IMG/VR virus record: IMGVR_UViG_3300000976_000006
Location: 1 to 43,146 of that record
Length of the DNA stretch: 43,146 nt
Source: a virus
Reading direction: 5' to 3' (one strand)
Part shown: positions 41,911 through 43,146 of the stretch, piece by piece
Numbering within the stretch: position 1 is the first letter of the stretch
Layout of the letters: every line of letters starts with the position of its first letter
Notes under the pieces: model-generated
What the model saw: only the letters and a program-made list of their open reading frames with translations
Told to the model about the DNA's origin: nothing
The model's database searches: none
Translations under genes and position numbers: made by a program

Positions 41911-42327
41911 CTATTTCTTCTTAGACTTCTTTCTAGCTTGTCTAATCGAGTGTCTCTCCACTGCCCGAAGGGATGAATCAACCGTGTCGATCAGGTCTAT
42001 TGCGTTTTGGGTTAGCCCGTCCGGATAGACTTCGCGGATACAACCGTCTTTTTTCCACCCAAGAGCCCTAGCAGCCTCTCGAACCTCTGGCAGCGTAATC
42101 ATGTATCCTGGGCACTCGTCTGGCATTGGCGCCCCGTTAGGGACAAAGTAATCGTTGCCGGTTCTGTCTTCAGGTGACATCCATCCGCAGCCCATAAGGG
42201 CCTGGACAGACTTAGGCCTGTTTTCTTTGCACCATGTACAATCAAGAACCGTATCAGCCAACTGCGAGCCTTCGTCTTTTTCTGACTCTCGGAAAGCCAA
42301 GACCCAGGGGAGCATGCGAGCCCCCAT
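41911..42327 (-). CDS. tail assembly chaperone T-like ORF, probably expressed as a G-T fusion by -1 frameshift (138 codons)
   Basis: It lies in the -1 frame relative to the upstream ORF. The slippery heptamer sits 2 codons before its ATG. No RBS. Confidence 0.6.
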   Translation of the reverse strand: MGARMLPWVLAFRESEKDEGSQLADTVLDCTWCKENRPKSVQALMGCGWMSPEDRTGNDYFVPNGAPMPDECPGYMITLPEVREAARALGWKKDGCIREVYPDGLTQNAIDLIDTVDSSLRAVERHSIRQARKKSKKK

Positions 42328-42329
42328 AA

Positions 42330-42785
42330 CTACTTTGGGTCAAGGTATGTCCTCGATTGTGCGCGAGCCCCAACCTCAACGACAATGTGGTCGGGAAAAT
42401 GAAGAGTGCTTTCGTTGCTTAAAAGCTTAACGCCATTTTCAACTGTGAACTTGGGTATGAATTCCTTGCCATCGACCTGGAAGTTTTCAACGCTCCTAAA
42501 GGCAATCTTAAACGCTGCGATCGCAGAGCCAACACTGACCTGGCTCTTGCCCTCAACATGATGATAGCTGGTTTCTTTTTCAAGAAGGCCACGAGGTTTA
42601 CCCATGATGTGTCCCAAGGTGAATATGGTCGGCTTAGCCCCTGCCCTTAGTGGGCATTCGGCTTTACCTAGCGTGTACTGTGACCACTTATTATCAAAGT
42701 CGTCGACGGTTTTGTCGACAGCCGGATCTGACTTGCAAATACACTCATAGTCTTTAACTAATGTGCTTGTTCTTGATTCTATCAT
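42330..42785 (-). CDS. tail assembly chaperone G-like protein (151 aa)
   Basis: It lies between the major tail and tape measure genes and ends ...GAC CCA AAG TAG, with C CCA AAG in the X XXY YYZ register. Confidence 0.65.
   Translation of the reverse strand: MIESRTSTLVKDYECICKSDPAVDKTVDDFDNKWSQYTLGKAECPLRAGAKPTIFTLGHIMGKPRGLLEKETSYHHVEGKSQVSVGSAIAAFKIAFRSVENFQVDGKEFIPKFTVENGVKLLSNESTLHFPDHIVVEVGARAQSRTYLDPK
42333..42339 (-). promoter_or_regulatory. -1 programmed frameshift slippery heptamer C_CCA_AAG
   Basis: The zero-frame codons are CCA AAG followed by the TAG stop. After a -1 slip the reading is CCC AAA GTA GTT ATG GGG GCT, which is the frame of ORF 41911..42327. Confidence 0.55.
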
Positions 42786-42813
42786 CTGTATTCCTTTTTC
42801 TTGTTATTGGTTA

Positions 42814-43146
42814 CTAAGCTATTCCGAGCCTCCAAGCCGATTGCGAAATGTCGTCGCCTTCAGTTTCGTCTGTAGATGCGAGCCAGCTCGTGGGTACCGA
42901 GTTCAAACCTGAGAGATCAGCCTGAGTCGGCGCGCTCTGCAATCGAATTAATGGAAAATAAAACGCCAAAGCGCAGCCGTCGACCGGGCTTAGCGTATAG
43001 AGCGCGTGATATGGCTTATTGTCATTGTCGAAAATATCGTAGAATGTTGTGTCATTTGATGTCCTGGCATCAAAAGTCATGTTCACCTCGATATTTCCCC
43101 CGGTGCGATATGCGCCAGTCTGAACTTGAAATTCAAAAGATGAATT
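42814..43146 (-). CDS. 3' part of the junction-spanning major tail protein gene (see 1..955); 43098-43146 duplicates 1-49
   Basis: Same frame as 1..955 across the junction (…AYRTGG|NIEVNMTFDARTS…), with no stop in 43087-43097. The stop is at 42814-42816. Confidence 0.65.
   Translation of the reverse strand, partial: NSSFEFQVQTGAYRTGGNIEVNMTFDARTSNDTTFYDIFDNDNKPYHALYTLSPVDGCALAFYFPLIRLQSAPTQADLSGLNSVPTSWLASTDETEGDDISQSAWRLGIA
43098..43146. repeat. second copy of the 49-bp terminal duplication
   Basis: Identical to 1..49. Confidence 0.95.

Noticed and set aside
1-43146. CRISPR arrays, diversity-generating retroelement, retron, transposase/IS, rRNA
   Set aside because: No regularly spaced repeats of 24-40 bp, no reverse-transcriptase-like ORF, no template/variable repeat pair noticed near the fibre 3' ends, and no transposase motifs. 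This was a visual scan only, so divergent long repeats could have been missed.

Overview
The window is a complete, circularly closed genome of a temperate tailed phage or excised prophage. Bases 1-49 recur exactly at 43098-43146, so the unique length is 43,097 bp. One gene, the major tail protein candidate, reads through the junction and is missing from the supplied ORF track. Four blocks are visible. (1) A minus-strand late operon runs 8595 -> 1 -> junction -> 28042. It holds small and large terminase, portal, scaffold, major capsid, four connector-size ORFs, the major tail protein and G/T tail chaperones with a canonical -1 slippery heptamer. It continues with a 735-aa tape measure, a Dit-like protein, a 1134-aa tip protein, three small membrane/beta proteins, large fibre/spike proteins and an M15 peptidase endolysin. 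(2) A minus-strand early-right operon runs 20289 -> 8847. It holds a Cro-like HTH, a replisome organiser with internal iterons, DnaB helicase, RusA and a displaced 1556-aa fibre module. These are followed by about 530 bp of repeat-rich non-coding DNA with a terminator, a secreted Cys-rich protein and an ATP-dependent DNA ligase. (3) A plus-strand early-left operon runs 20407 -> 26656. It holds a short CI-like HTH, a PD-(D/E)XK exonuclease, a Dam-type methyltransferase, a chain of start/stop-overlapping mini-ORFs (several Zn-ribbon-like) and a tyrosine integrase. A tRNA-3'-end-like attP core with arm-type repeats follows. (4) An attP-proximal accessory island spans 26887-27940. It contains a T5orf172 (GIY-YIG-like)-RHH-CxxC fusion facing a 96-aa + RHH-CxxC mini-operon, which sits under a tandem-palindrome operator overlapping a leaderless promoter. 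I rate block 4 as the best candidate for an undescribed regulatory, anti-defence or antirepressor system. The next most interesting items are the TTGAC-repeat non-coding region (10687-11218) and an SSB-C-terminal-tip-like acidic micro-ORF (21923-21994). No rRNA, complete tRNA, CRISPR array, reverse transcriptase or transposase was seen. All functional calls rest on motifs, size and synteny read by eye; no database search was possible.
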